Virus record (IMG/VR): IMGVR_UViG_3300037692_000109
Coordinates: 1 to 45,685 of that record
DNA: 45,685 nucleotides
From: a virus
Strand: one strand, 5' to 3'
Under the pieces are notes generated by a model. It was not told where the DNA came from. It saw nothing but the letters and a program-made list of their open reading frames with translations, and searched no databases. This document shows, piece after piece, positions 25,080 to 33,038 of the stretch; position 1 is the first letter of the stretch; the number at the start of each line of letters is the position of its first letter. A program made the position numbers and the translations under genes.

Positions 25080-25257
25080 TTCAATGGCAGACCGCAATTT
25101 AGCATTAGAGGAAGCCGCCGCCGTTGCAGACCTTTGGTCCGATGCGAAGGCCGATGAATTGAGGCTGAGAGGCGGCGAAATGTCGGCTCAGGAGATCAGG
25201 ACTGTAAGGGCGTTCCTGAAAGCTGTAGCTTTCGACATTCGTTCGAGGAAGCGGTGA
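25072..25257 (+). CDS. Hypothetical small protein
   Basis: 61 aa, overlapping the upstream gene by 8 nt. Confidence 0.45.
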   Translation: MASSMADRNLALEEAAAVADLWSDAKADELRLRGGEMSAQEIRTVRAFLKAVAFDIRSRKR

Positions 25258-25553
25258 CGTGTCGTTACCAGCGGAGATTTGAAATGCCGAATGAACTGCT
25301 ACGGCAATAAGAAGTTAGCGAGGGGATAAATGTAATCGTGGACAATCGATTCGTGGCCATTTTCCCGATGGAAAGTAAGGCTCAAGTTGACCACCTTATT
25401 GAAAGCGTCAATCGGGTGTTACGCGAGAAGATCAAGGCTCCATGAGGCGAGCCGCCTGCAACTAGCTCTCTTTGCCTGTTGAGAGAGTGGCCTATGGGTG
25501 ACCACGGCTATCAGGCGGCTCACCTGATGAATGCTAATAGGTAGGGACTGAAC

Positions 25554-25796
25554 ATGGACATAAGCCTTGGCGGGATGGCGCGGAAGCTAGTAGCGGCTCA
25601 AGATGAGATCGAGCGGCTGCGTCATGATAGACTGGATTGTCAGGTGGTTATGGACAGCCAGCAAATAGAGATCGAGAGGCTGCTGGTGGCGCTAAACATG
25701 GCGACCTATTCTCTTTGCACCGACGACTACGAAACGCAGCAGGCGGTTGCGGAAAATATCAAGAGCAGTCATCAGCAGAATGGAGGCCAGAAATGA
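25554..25796 (+). CDS. Hypothetical coiled-coil protein
   Basis: 80 aa with a TAGGGA RBS. Confidence 0.55.
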   Translation: MDISLGGMARKLVAAQDEIERLRHDRLDCQVVMDSQQIEIERLLVALNMATYSLCTDDYETQQAVAENIKSSHQQNGGQK

Positions 25797-25990
25797 CAGG
25801 CCCGGAATATGCCGAGCTTCTCGACTCAATCGAAAAGACCTTCCAGTACAGACCGAACGAGGCTGGTGGCGAAAGATGGGTCGTTTTTCAGGACCACACC
25901 TTAGTCGTCATCCACCCGGAACGCAGACCGCGATTTTACAAACGGAACCATGGTGGCGTTCCTTACGAAGTTGAACCTTACCCAGCGTAA
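25793..25990 (+). CDS. Hypothetical protein
   Basis: 65 aa with an ATGA overlap. Confidence 0.5.
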   Translation: MTGPEYAELLDSIEKTFQYRPNEAGGERWVVFQDHTLVVIHPERRPRFYKRNHGGVPYEVEPYPA

Positions 25991-26004
25991 TCGGACACAT
26001 CACA

Positions 26005-26175
26005 ATGACCGAACACGACGACGATCCCGAGATCATAGTGTGCGCTGGACCACCCATCTGCCTATTGCAGGGTGACGATGCGGTTGCCAATCAGCTTGCG
26101 GGGTGTACGACCTGCAAAAGGATTATCGTTCGGCAGGATGGTTCCGAGCGAGAATACCAACTGAAATCGCATTAA
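26005..26175 (+). CDS. Hypothetical small Cys-containing protein
   Basis: 56 aa (MTEHDDDPEIIVCAGPPIC...). No clear RBS. Confidence 0.3.
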   Translation: MTEHDDDPEIIVCAGPPICLLQGDDAVANQLAGCTTCKRIIVRQDGSEREYQLKSH

Positions 26176-26189
26176 TGAGCGATTAATGC
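26169..26189. terminator. AT-rich hairpin at a convergent gene junction; it also reads as TTAA-N7-TTAA
   Basis: GCATTAAT-GAGCG-ATTAATGC, a perfect 8-bp inverted repeat that spans the stop codons of both convergent genes. Confidence 0.35.
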
Positions 26190-26341
26190 AGCGTTCCGGT
26201 CGGGTGCATCATAAACCACAACAGCACTAGACCGGCAAAGGCCGACACCGCGACGGCCGATGCAAGAACGACAATGACCGTATCCTTGAAGCGCCATGGT
26301 GCCGGTGCTGGGTATCTGAAGTCGGCCGACTGTCGGGTCAT
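26183..26341 (-). CDS. Small single-pass membrane protein coupled to the upstream secreted protein
   Basis: 52 aa (MTRQSADFRYPAPAPWRFKDTVIVVLASAVAVSAFAGLVLLWFMMHPTGTLH). Its ATG overlaps the upstream stop (ATGA). Below the ORF-track cutoff. Confidence 0.45.
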   Translation of the reverse strand: MTRQSADFRYPAPAPWRFKDTVIVVLASAVAVSAFAGLVLLWFMMHPTGTLH

Positions 26342-26862
26342 TGGCTTGCCAATCTACGCTTTGGGCTGCTCAAGTCAGCAATGCGATATCGGCTCAGGTC
26401 CCGTCGATGAATGCGGGTCTTGCCATGACCTGAGTTTGGATCGTAAATCAGGGCGTCCGACTGTGTGCCGCCCAAGATATAGACTACGTGTCCCGGTCGC
26501 CATGCCGCGTTGCCGGGAGCAAATGTTCCTTGGTTGAAATAATAGCCGTAATTCGAGGCCAGAAATAACTCACGGATCGGCTTACCAAACGCCTTGACCG
26601 ATACCCCACAGCCGCAGAACAGACGCCTCGGGCAGCCCGAGGGATGGGCTACAACCCTGGAATCATCGGCATAGCGATCTCTGGCGTGGCGCTGGGTGCG
26701 CTCAATCGAGCCACCTTGGCATATCACCCGCCCGTCATTGTTCATATTGCACTGACTGGCCACGGCATTAACGTGGCGGGCCTGTTTCGGGCGAGCGTCG
26801 GCGGCCGAGATCGAAAGCGCTAACGCGCAAACGACCACGGCGCCGATCTGGCGCAGCGTCAT
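26338..26862 (-). CDS. Secreted Cys-His peptidase-like protein (CHAP/NlpC-P60-like pattern)
   Basis: Signal peptide MTLRQIGAVVVCALALSISAADA, then CPRRLFCGCGVS ... GHVVYILGG ... IYDPNSG. GGAG RBS before the ATG at 26862. Confidence 0.6.
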   Translation of the reverse strand: MTLRQIGAVVVCALALSISAADARPKQARHVNAVASQCNMNNDGRVICQGGSIERTQRHARDRYADDSRVVAHPSGCPRRLFCGCGVSVKAFGKPIRELFLASNYGYYFNQGTFAPGNAAWRPGHVVYILGGTQSDALIYDPNSGHGKTRIHRRDLSRYRIADLSSPKRRLASQ

Positions 26863-27143
26863 GTCTTGGACTCCGGGGTTGTTGAGGGGGTACGCAAAAA
26901 CTGCGGCTATCACAAAATGTTACGTTAGAGCCGCAGGCACTTTCGCAATCGGCGCGCGCGATCGGCGGTCGATTGGTTCAATGTTCATCGTGTCAAGTTT
27001 TCGAGATTTGCGATTTACGTTCAACAGTGGCGCGGGTTTTAGAACGCGCATCCACTCAAAACGGAAAATCACAAAAGTCGATTTGCTATAATGCTGTCAC
27101 GGTCGATTAAGGACCGGGCTGTTTGAAAATGTGGAGATGAACA

Positions 27144-27596
27144 ATGGCAAAGCAGATCATGCTTTTGCTTCGGCCCGACGATGCCGAACCAATCTTGCGC
27201 GAGGCAGCGGAGATGGCTGCAAAGTTCTCGGCGTGGTGCGACTACATGACTGACCGCGTTTGGAGCAATCCGAAAGCCAGCAACGAAACAACCGCAGCGG
27301 CAAAAGTCAGATGGCAAAAGAAATTCTTACGAGCAAAACGGATTGTTGAAGCCTTCGGCGTCGAATACGAACAGACTACCGAGGCAGAGGCTATGACAAT
27401 TGAGTATCGCTACATCGGCGAAAAACGAAAGTCGATTGGCGGGTTGATGACCTACACATCGGGAGGCAAGCCAGACTACAAGAACCCCGAGCCAGCCTAT
27501 CGACGCGAAGTACATGCCGAAGCCTGCCGACAGGCGGCGGATCGTGTCGTGCGCCGATGGCTGGCCACGATTGAAGTAAATGTTAAAGCCGCTTAA
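27144..27596 (+). CDS. Hypothetical protein in a stand-alone transcription unit (moron)
   Basis: 150 aa with a GGAGA RBS. A TATAAT hexamer lies about 45 nt upstream and a terminator directly follows. Confidence 0.6.
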   Translation: MAKQIMLLLRPDDAEPILREAAEMAAKFSAWCDYMTDRVWSNPKASNETTAAAKVRWQKKFLRAKRIVEAFGVEYEQTTEAEAMTIEYRYIGEKRKSIGGLMTYTSGGKPDYKNPEPAYRREVHAEACRQAADRVVRRWLATIEVNVKAA

Positions 27597-27603
27597 CACC
27601 AAC

Positions 27604-27631
27604 GCCGCTCCCGGAAACGGGGGCGGCTTTT
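27604..27631. terminator. Intrinsic terminator between convergent genes
   Basis: GCCGCTCCCG-GAAA-CGGGGGCGGC followed by TTTTCTCTC on the plus strand. The stem can also form on the minus-strand transcript. Confidence 0.65.
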
Positions 27632-27636
27632 CTCTC

Positions 27637-27801
27637 TCAGAGCTTGCCGAGCAAAATCAAGATCAGCAGGATCACCAGCACCAGCCCGAGACCGCCATTG
27701 AGCCCGTGCCCGAATCCGTAGCCAGGCGCACCGCCGATGCCGGAGAACCCGCCGAGCAAGGCGATCACCAGAATGATCAGGATGATGGTGCCGAGTGACA
27801 T
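27637..27801 (-). CDS. DUF3309 small membrane protein
   Basis: 54 aa (MSLGTIILIILVIALLGGFSG...GGLGLVLVILLILILLGKL), the typical DUF3309 pattern. GGAGA RBS. Confidence 0.7.
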   Translation of the reverse strand: MSLGTIILIILVIALLGGFSGIGGAPGYGFGHGLNGGLGLVLVILLILILLGKL

Positions 27802-27815
27802 GGGGTCGTCTCCTA

Positions 27816-28193
27816 TTACGGTTTGAGATATACCGCCAAGGAGATGCCTGCCACGACAATGGCAAGCACCCACCCTGCGGCCTTGTCGATGCCTGCACCG
27901 CGACCGGTCTGACCGGAAACGTAGGCCTTCAACGGCTCGATATCTTTGTTCGTTGCATAAAGCCCGCGCTCGCTGTTGATCTGCTCGCGTAACAGATTGG
28001 CCTTTTCGTCCTTATAGGTCTGAATTTCACGGGCCAATTGGAGTGCGTCGATGTCGGCGGTTTCTTTGATCTTAAGCGCCTTCTCGCGCTCGACGTTTAC
28101 TTCCGCATAACGCCGGTCGCGTTCGGCAAAGAATCGCAAGTCGCATTCGCGGATCACTGCCATATGCTTTTTAAGAGAAATAGTTTCGGCCAT
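27816..28193 (-). CDS. Coiled-coil protein with a C-terminal TM anchor (lysis-cassette member)
   Basis: 125 aa with a C-terminal WVLAIVVAGISLAVYL segment. TAATG overlap upstream. Confidence 0.6.
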   Translation of the reverse strand: MAETISLKKHMAVIRECDLRFFAERDRRYAEVNVEREKALKIKETADIDALQLAREIQTYKDEKANLLREQINSERGLYATNKDIEPLKAYVSGQTGRGAGIDKAAGWVLAIVVAGISLAVYLKP

Positions 28194-28495
28194 TAGTCAG
28201 ACTGGCTTCTTAACGCGGTCGCCGGACCAGTCATTTCTCTCAATCTAGATTCGACGTTTGAAAGTCGCTGGTCGTGGCGGGCCTGTTCAACAAGGATCGA
28301 CGTGATGCCATTGAATTTTTCCTCAACGATTTTGGAGAACGCCCCGAAAGAACTTTCGACTGATCCGACGCGCTGAGACAAAATCTTCATGTCGGCGCGC
28401 ATCATAAAGATGACGAGCAATCCGCCCCCTAAAAGGCCCGCCATTGTGAGAATGTCGCCTAGGCGAATTGTCATATCCACGGCAAACTTATCCAT
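28193..28495 (-). CDS. Membrane protein with an N-terminal TM segment and a coiled coil (i-spanin- or holin-like)
   Basis: 100 aa from the ATG at 28495, with a GGAAGG RBS. TM segment ILTMAGLLGGGLLVIFMM. Confidence 0.6.
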   Translation of the reverse strand: MDKFAVDMTIRLGDILTMAGLLGGGLLVIFMMRADMKILSQRVGSVESSFGAFSKIVEEKFNGITSILVEQARHDQRLSNVESRLREMTGPATALRSQSD

Positions 28496-28645
28496 TTTTT
28501 CCTTCCCCGATTGCGCTGGGCAGCGGCTTGCGCTTACGGGGCATTCCCGCTTCAATTCCGCCAGCCATCATCAAGCCCTTTTGCTTGTGGTGGTTAGGGC
28601 TGGCCAAACGTTCACCGCGCTTGGTCGGCCCGCTTCGTTAACGCT

Positions 28646-28927
28646 TTACTTAAATGCCGGACAGTTCAAATTCACGCCGGTTTGATTCGCCGTCGCCAAC
28701 TGCGGAGCTAGTTTTGGTGCGGCGTAATAGCTGCTTTTTGGGTTCTTCGAATTGTATTCGATAGGCTCGCGCCCGGCGCATTGTGCCTTAGAGGTCGTCG
28801 CGGTCCCATTTGTCAGACACCCGGCCAGAAGCAACGTCGCGCTTAGCATCAGCGCGAGCTTTGTTGCCGCGATCAACCGACTTGCGCTCGGCCTTGTCCC
28901 ATTCAGCTTGTTTTCGCTTTGCAGCAT
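28646..28927 (-). CDS. Lipoprotein, o-spanin candidate, overlapping the upstream gene out of frame
   Basis: Lipobox LLLAGC. The small mature part contains Cys and Pro. AAGGA RBS before the ATG at 28927. It overlaps 28788..29093 by 140 nt. Confidence 0.6.
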   Translation of the reverse strand: MLQSENKLNGTRPSASRLIAATKLALMLSATLLLAGCLTNGTATTSKAQCAGREPIEYNSKNPKSSYYAAPKLAPQLATANQTGVNLNCPAFK

Positions 28928-29093
28928 CTTTTGATCCTTTCGCGTATATTGCCAATCCAGCGACAACGGCACCGGCCACAGCGATGGCGATCTTTCGGAA
29001 CGGCGGGAAATAGATGGCGACCGCTACACACGCGGCGATAATAACGCCGCCCAGCCCGAGCCATCCGTAAAGCGGGTTGATCCAGTCGAACAT
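28788..29093 (-). CDS. Two-TM membrane protein with a charged C-terminus (holin or i-spanin candidate)
   Basis: 101 aa with hydrophobic segments GWLGLGGVIIAACVAVAIYF and IAIAVAGAVVAGLAIYA. The ATG overlaps the endolysin stop. Confidence 0.65.
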   Translation of the reverse strand: MFDWINPLYGWLGLGGVIIAACVAVAIYFPPFRKIAIAVAGAVVAGLAIYAKGSKDAAKRKQAEWDKAERKSVDRGNKARADAKRDVASGRVSDKWDRDDL

Positions 29094-29977
29094 CAGGCGA
29101 CCTCCGTTTTTGGAACAAGCACCGAGTCCTGACCGTTGCGGGCGCGCTGCGCTTTGTAGTTTCTCCAGACGCCGTAGAGAGTGACAGCCGCGATCAACAG
29201 CGTAATCCCGATAACGATGTACTTGACGATCTGGATGCCTTCGGACAGCGGCTCCAGCGTTGCCGATGTCGTTTGCAGCGTGTCGAGGGTGCCAGTTGTC
29301 ACTGTGCCAATGGTGGTGCCAGCCGTACCCACGGAAACCGAAACCGGCGCTTCTGAGATTTCAGCACTGGTCGCCTTGGCGCTTGCATCATTAACCGGAG
29401 GCGCTGCAACAGCCGACACGCCAGCGGAACGAGACAAGCCTGAGGCAAGCGCCTGCCCGGTCGATTTGACGCTAGTCAAGCGCGCCGTCCATCCCTTGCC
29501 AAACGTCTTGAATGTCTTGAGCTGCTGGAGGAACGCCATGCGACGGCCGCAGATATCGGCTACCAGCTTGTCGTGGTTGGAATGGGCATTGATCGCCGCA
29601 AGCGTGGCCTCGCCTATATTGCCATCGGCAGTTACACCTAGCGCGCGTTGCAGCCATTTAGCCGACTGCGACGGACCTGAATTAACCGCGCCGTCGAATA
29701 CCACAAAATCAATCCCATCCGGCATTTCATCGCCCCGGATCATATTCCAATATTGCTCGCGGTATATGTCGTCGCGTTCATTTTTCCATGCCGCTGTCTT
29801 CCGCATGGAGGCCTTGAGGGCTTGCTGGGGTTTCCCCTTGCGCTTGCGGTATCCGTCATAGACGCGCTGAATCACACCCTCTAGGGTGACGCCGCCGGGG
29901 TCTTTCGGATGATTGGAATAGCCGCCCTCATAGACAAGGACGTGCTCCAAAGCCGCTTTGAAATTTGCTGATGCCAT
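29093..29977 (-). CDS. GH108-family endolysin with a C-terminal TM segment
   Basis: ALEHVLVYEGGYSNHPKDPGGVTLEGV is the GH108 signature, followed by a PG_binding_3-like region. The C-terminus carries IVKYIVIGITLLIAAVTLYGVW. Start set at the ATG at 29977 (GGAAGGAAA RBS). Confidence 0.85.
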   Translation of the reverse strand: MASANFKAALEHVLVYEGGYSNHPKDPGGVTLEGVIQRVYDGYRKRKGKPQQALKASMRKTAAWKNERDDIYREQYWNMIRGDEMPDGIDFVVFDGAVNSGPSQSAKWLQRALGVTADGNIGEATLAAINAHSNHDKLVADICGRRMAFLQQLKTFKTFGKGWTARLTSVKSTGQALASGLSRSAGVSAVAAPPVNDASAKATSAEISEAPVSVSVGTAGTTIGTVTTGTLDTLQTTSATLEPLSEGIQIVKYIVIGITLLIAAVTLYGVWRNYKAQRARNGQDSVLVPKTEVA

Positions 29978-30270
29978 GTGTCTATTTTCCTTCCACGCCA
30001 ACAGGCGCGCCGGCAACAAGGGGTGCGATGGTCATGGGGGATTTCCTTGGTTCCGCGATCGTTGAGAGGCAGGCCGTCGCTACTACCCCCATCAAGGCAT
30101 TGACCGGATTCAGGTTTTAAAGATGTTCGGCTCGCGCTTGACGTGCACTTGAGGGTCGTGGTGTTCTGTTGCTATGCAAGCCCTAGTTGATCGTATTGTC
30201 CGCCGTGTCCTGCGAACCGCCGGTTACGCAATGGTGCCCATCGCTGAAAAACCGCAGGGCTATACCGTTT

Positions 30271-30438
30271 ATGACTGAAATTGACCCCAAAAAACTTGCC
30301 GATGATCTGCGATTTATTGCGCAATCATTACCGCCGTGCCGGCACGAGGATCGAGAGCCAGATATAGAACTATGCCCAAGGTGCAAGGCAAGTAGCCTCA
30401 TAACAAGGCTGGAAAAATCGCGTCATGACGGTCAATGA
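30271..30438 (+). CDS. Hypothetical small protein on the opposite strand, within an AT-rich islet
   Basis: 55 aa (MTEIDPKKLADDLRF...CPRCK). Weak RBS. Confidence 0.3.
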   Translation: MTEIDPKKLADDLRFIAQSLPPCRHEDREPDIELCPRCKASSLITRLEKSRHDGQ

Positions 30439-30526
30439 ATTATTGGCCGCGCTGGTATTTGTCGAAATAATACTCGGCCCGATTTTTGTCGTGTACCTTG
30501 CGGTATATTTTATCAGAAAACTATAG
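30425..30526 (+). CDS. 33-aa hydrophobic peptide
   Basis: MTVNELLAALVFVEIILGPIFVVYLAVYFIRKL: one TM helix plus a basic end. It overlaps the upstream ORF. Support is weak. Confidence 0.25.
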   Translation: MTVNELLAALVFVEIILGPIFVVYLAVYFIRKL

Positions 30527-30550
30527 ACGAAAGTCCGGGCGGCGTAAGGT

Positions 30551-31171
30551 TCACACCGCTGAAACGCCGTACCCACTAGGGGCTGTGTGCGCGAACGCGA
30601 CCTCCCCGAAATTCATGTCCAAGATTTGCGTCGAAATGCCGCCGTATGCAAGCGCATAGACACTTGCGGGAACATTCGTAAAGGCCGCTCCAGTGCCGGC
30701 GACCGGATCACCGTTGAACGTCCCGTTTCGGCCAAACCAGATTTTCCCGCCGGGAGGATCAACGGCACACATTCCAACATCGTTCTGCGAGAAAGAACTT
30801 GTGACGCTTGCGGTATAAGTCACATTGTTACAGGCGGACCCGCGATCAGTCAGCATCCATTCATTTGCTCCGCAACCGGAGCTGGTTGGGCTTCCTGAAA
30901 ACTGGCCGGTTGCTAACGCCTGGGACGAGTCTTGAACGCCAGCAGCGAATTGATTGCCAATAAACGTAGCGTCGATTTTCTTAAACTCAAAATAGGTTTT
31001 ACTGGTGATGACAAGCGTTCCGGCAACCCGGCCAAAACTGGACGCCGGACCAGTCGCCCTCAAGTTTCCGTTCGATAGTGCCGGCGGGGTTCCTGACGTT
31101 CTGGCGGCGTCTAATGTCGCGTAGACCAACGCAATACGACGACCACCGGCAAGCTGATTGACCACCAGCAT
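30551..31171 (-). CDS. SPRY/concanavalin-like distal tail protein
   Basis: 206 aa. The YFEFKK ... GKIWFGRNGTFNG ... AF pattern resembles SPRY domains. Last gene of the tail-fibre cluster. Confidence 0.6.
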   Translation of the reverse strand: MLVVNQLAGGRRIALVYATLDAARTSGTPPALSNGNLRATGPASSFGRVAGTLVITSKTYFEFKKIDATFIGNQFAAGVQDSSQALATGQFSGSPTSSGCGANEWMLTDRGSACNNVTYTASVTSSFSQNDVGMCAVDPPGGKIWFGRNGTFNGDPVAGTGAAFTNVPASVYALAYGGISTQILDMNFGEVAFAHTAPSGYGVSAV

Positions 31172-31560
31172 TAAAGTAGCGCCTTTACGCCGGTCTTGAA
31201 CTGCGCCATCGTTATTGGGGCCTTCGCCTCCAGCACACGAATGCGGTTTTCGTGGTTGAGCATGGCCTTGGCCAGTGCCGCGTAGAGCGACCCATTCAAT
31301 GCGCCGACCGCCGCATCCTTCGCGTCGCTTATTTCCTGCGCATCCAGCAATTCGATTGTGTAGGTATCTACGACCTGCGTTTCCTCAATCGTCGTCACCG
31401 GACCTGTTCGTTTGTGCGTCGCCGGGTCGAAAGCGCCGTCACCAGCAACAACGACAGGAAGCCACCGCCATGACTTTCCGGCCGGGTTTGGCGGTTGGAC
31501 CGCAAAGACTTTGGTGTCAATTACTTCATCAGACGCATTGACGAGCTTAAACAGTGGCAT
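31171..31560 (-). CDS. Hypothetical tail-associated protein
   Basis: 129 aa, tightly packed between the fibre genes. Confidence 0.6.
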   Translation of the reverse strand: MPLFKLVNASDEVIDTKVFAVQPPNPAGKSWRWLPVVVAGDGAFDPATHKRTGPVTTIEETQVVDTYTIELLDAQEISDAKDAAVGALNGSLYAALAKAMLNHENRIRVLEAKAPITMAQFKTGVKALL

Positions 31561-31562
31561 GG

Positions 31563-33038
31563 CTACACATCCGTCGCAGCGTTGATTGGAATTTTTGTCA
31601 TTGCCGCCTGTAGCACCATCGTTTGCGTGTACGTGTCAGAGCCGTCTGCGGCCTTCCGGTAGACCTCGACGTACAGCATGCATTCCGCGCCGAACGTGCC
31701 GCCCGGCGTGAAAGTGACCTCGGATGAGATGTGCTGATCACCGTCCGCGAGAAAGGCGTCGGTTGTCTCGGCGGCAGTGCCCCACGCGCCGTCTATTGCG
31801 TCGTCGTCGCGGACGTAACGACCGCGAATGCCCCAAATTACATTGCCTGTGCCGGCCGTGGCCGTGGTAGCGTAAAACTTACACTTGAGAGCGCTCGCGC
31901 CATCCATCCCCTTCGGGGCGGGGTAAGCGATCTGGATTGCCTGTTCTACGCTTGCGGAAAATTCGTAACCAGCAATCATTACGTCATTGGTGGCCTTCTC
32001 GCTAGCATAAGAAGCTGCGCCATTCGTGGTGCGCCTCACCATGCCTGCGGCGAGCAAATTGACTGTGTGGTAGCCCTGCTTGATCCCGGCCGCCGTCAGA
32101 TTAGCTGGCGTGAGCGTGCGCGTCATGTCCGTCCCAGTCAGCGCTTCCGCATCGGTCGCCAGTTCAACAACGCCTGAGGCAATGTCGGTAGCAGCTTGCT
32201 TGATGTTCGCGAAGGCGGTTGCCGCGCTCGCAACACCACCCGCGCCTTCTGCGAGGTTGTCCGCGCCGATCATATCGCCAACGCCTGCGCCGTCCGTGCC
32301 CGGCTGGCCAGCGACGTTAATAAGCCAATCGGTTAGCGTTCCTGAGCCGAGCGACTTGTCAGCCGTGAACGCAAGCGTAGTGCCGCTGTATGAACTGACG
32401 ACACCTTCCATCCAGTTGGTTGCAGGTACAGCGGCGTCGGATGCCCGCGCCCGTGTCCCGACCTGATAGGCAAGCCCGGCCTGTGTCGTGAACGTCTTGG
32501 TCCCGGAACTTCCGATTGTCTGGCTTGAAGCGGACGTTGCCGCGAAGGACGCGCCCTGTATTCCCTGCAAGCCCTTAATGTTCGTGCCCGTATCGGTCCA
32601 AACACCGGCCAGAAGTTGGTACAGATCAAGGTCGGTGCTGTCGGCGTCAACCCAGATCGATTCATTCGGCTCGCTTGTTGAAGGAGCTGAGTCTTGGACG
32701 AATATCAACGAACCAAAGGCCCCGGCTGGGCCGGAAAGCCTGATCGTCCAGTCGGCAAGCGTTCCGGTGCCGCCAATAAGCTGGACATCTACAGTCAGCG
32801 ACGTGCCGGAATAAGCACTGATCTGACCGAACATATAGTTAGTTTCGTCGGCATCAGAGGTCGCGATTACAAAGTCGCCAGCCGCGAAGTCCTTGCCTGC
32901 CTGCGTCGTGAAGACCTTCTCAGCAACCTCAATGGCTAGCGAGGTCGTTGACGTAGCCTTGTAGAGTGCGAAATTAAGCGATTGCAGAACTGTCGCCATC
33001 GGCGTTGTAGTGATCGGGAATGCGTTGACGGTCGCCAT
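31563..33038 (-). CDS. Tail fibre / host-specificity protein 2, with an internal domain duplication
   Basis: 491 aa from the ATG at 33038 (TAATG overlap). Gly/Thr/Ala-rich, with two copies of a module of about 66 aa. Confidence 0.75.
   Translation of the reverse strand: MATVNAFPITTTPMATVLQSLNFALYKATSTTSLAIEVAEKVFTTQAGKDFAAGDFVIATSDADETNYMFGQISAYSGTSLTVDVQLIGGTGTLADWTIRLSGPAGAFGSLIFVQDSAPSTSEPNESIWVDADSTDLDLYQLLAGVWTDTGTNIKGLQGIQGASFAATSASSQTIGSSGTKTFTTQAGLAYQVGTRARASDAAVPATNWMEGVVSSYSGTTLAFTADKSLGSGTLTDWLINVAGQPGTDGAGVGDMIGADNLAEGAGGVASAATAFANIKQAATDIASGVVELATDAEALTGTDMTRTLTPANLTAAGIKQGYHTVNLLAAGMVRRTTNGAASYASEKATNDVMIAGYEFSASVEQAIQIAYPAPKGMDGASALKCKFYATTATAGTGNVIWGIRGRYVRDDDAIDGAWGTAAETTDAFLADGDQHISSEVTFTPGGTFGAECMLYVEVYRKAADGSDTYTQTMVLQAAMTKIPINAATDV

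Noticed and set aside
25338-25445. 35-aa GTG-start mini-ORF, and a 31-aa ATGA-coupled ORF at 13415..13510
   Set aside because: They are too short, lack distinctive features or convincing RBSs, and cannot be supported from sequence alone.
27583-27596. Further CtrA-box-like sites: TTAA-N6-TTAA here and TTAA-N8-TTAA at 28638..28653
   Set aside because: The spacing is wrong (6 and 8 nt rather than 7), and both lie inside coding sequence, so they are not counted as CtrA-box candidates.
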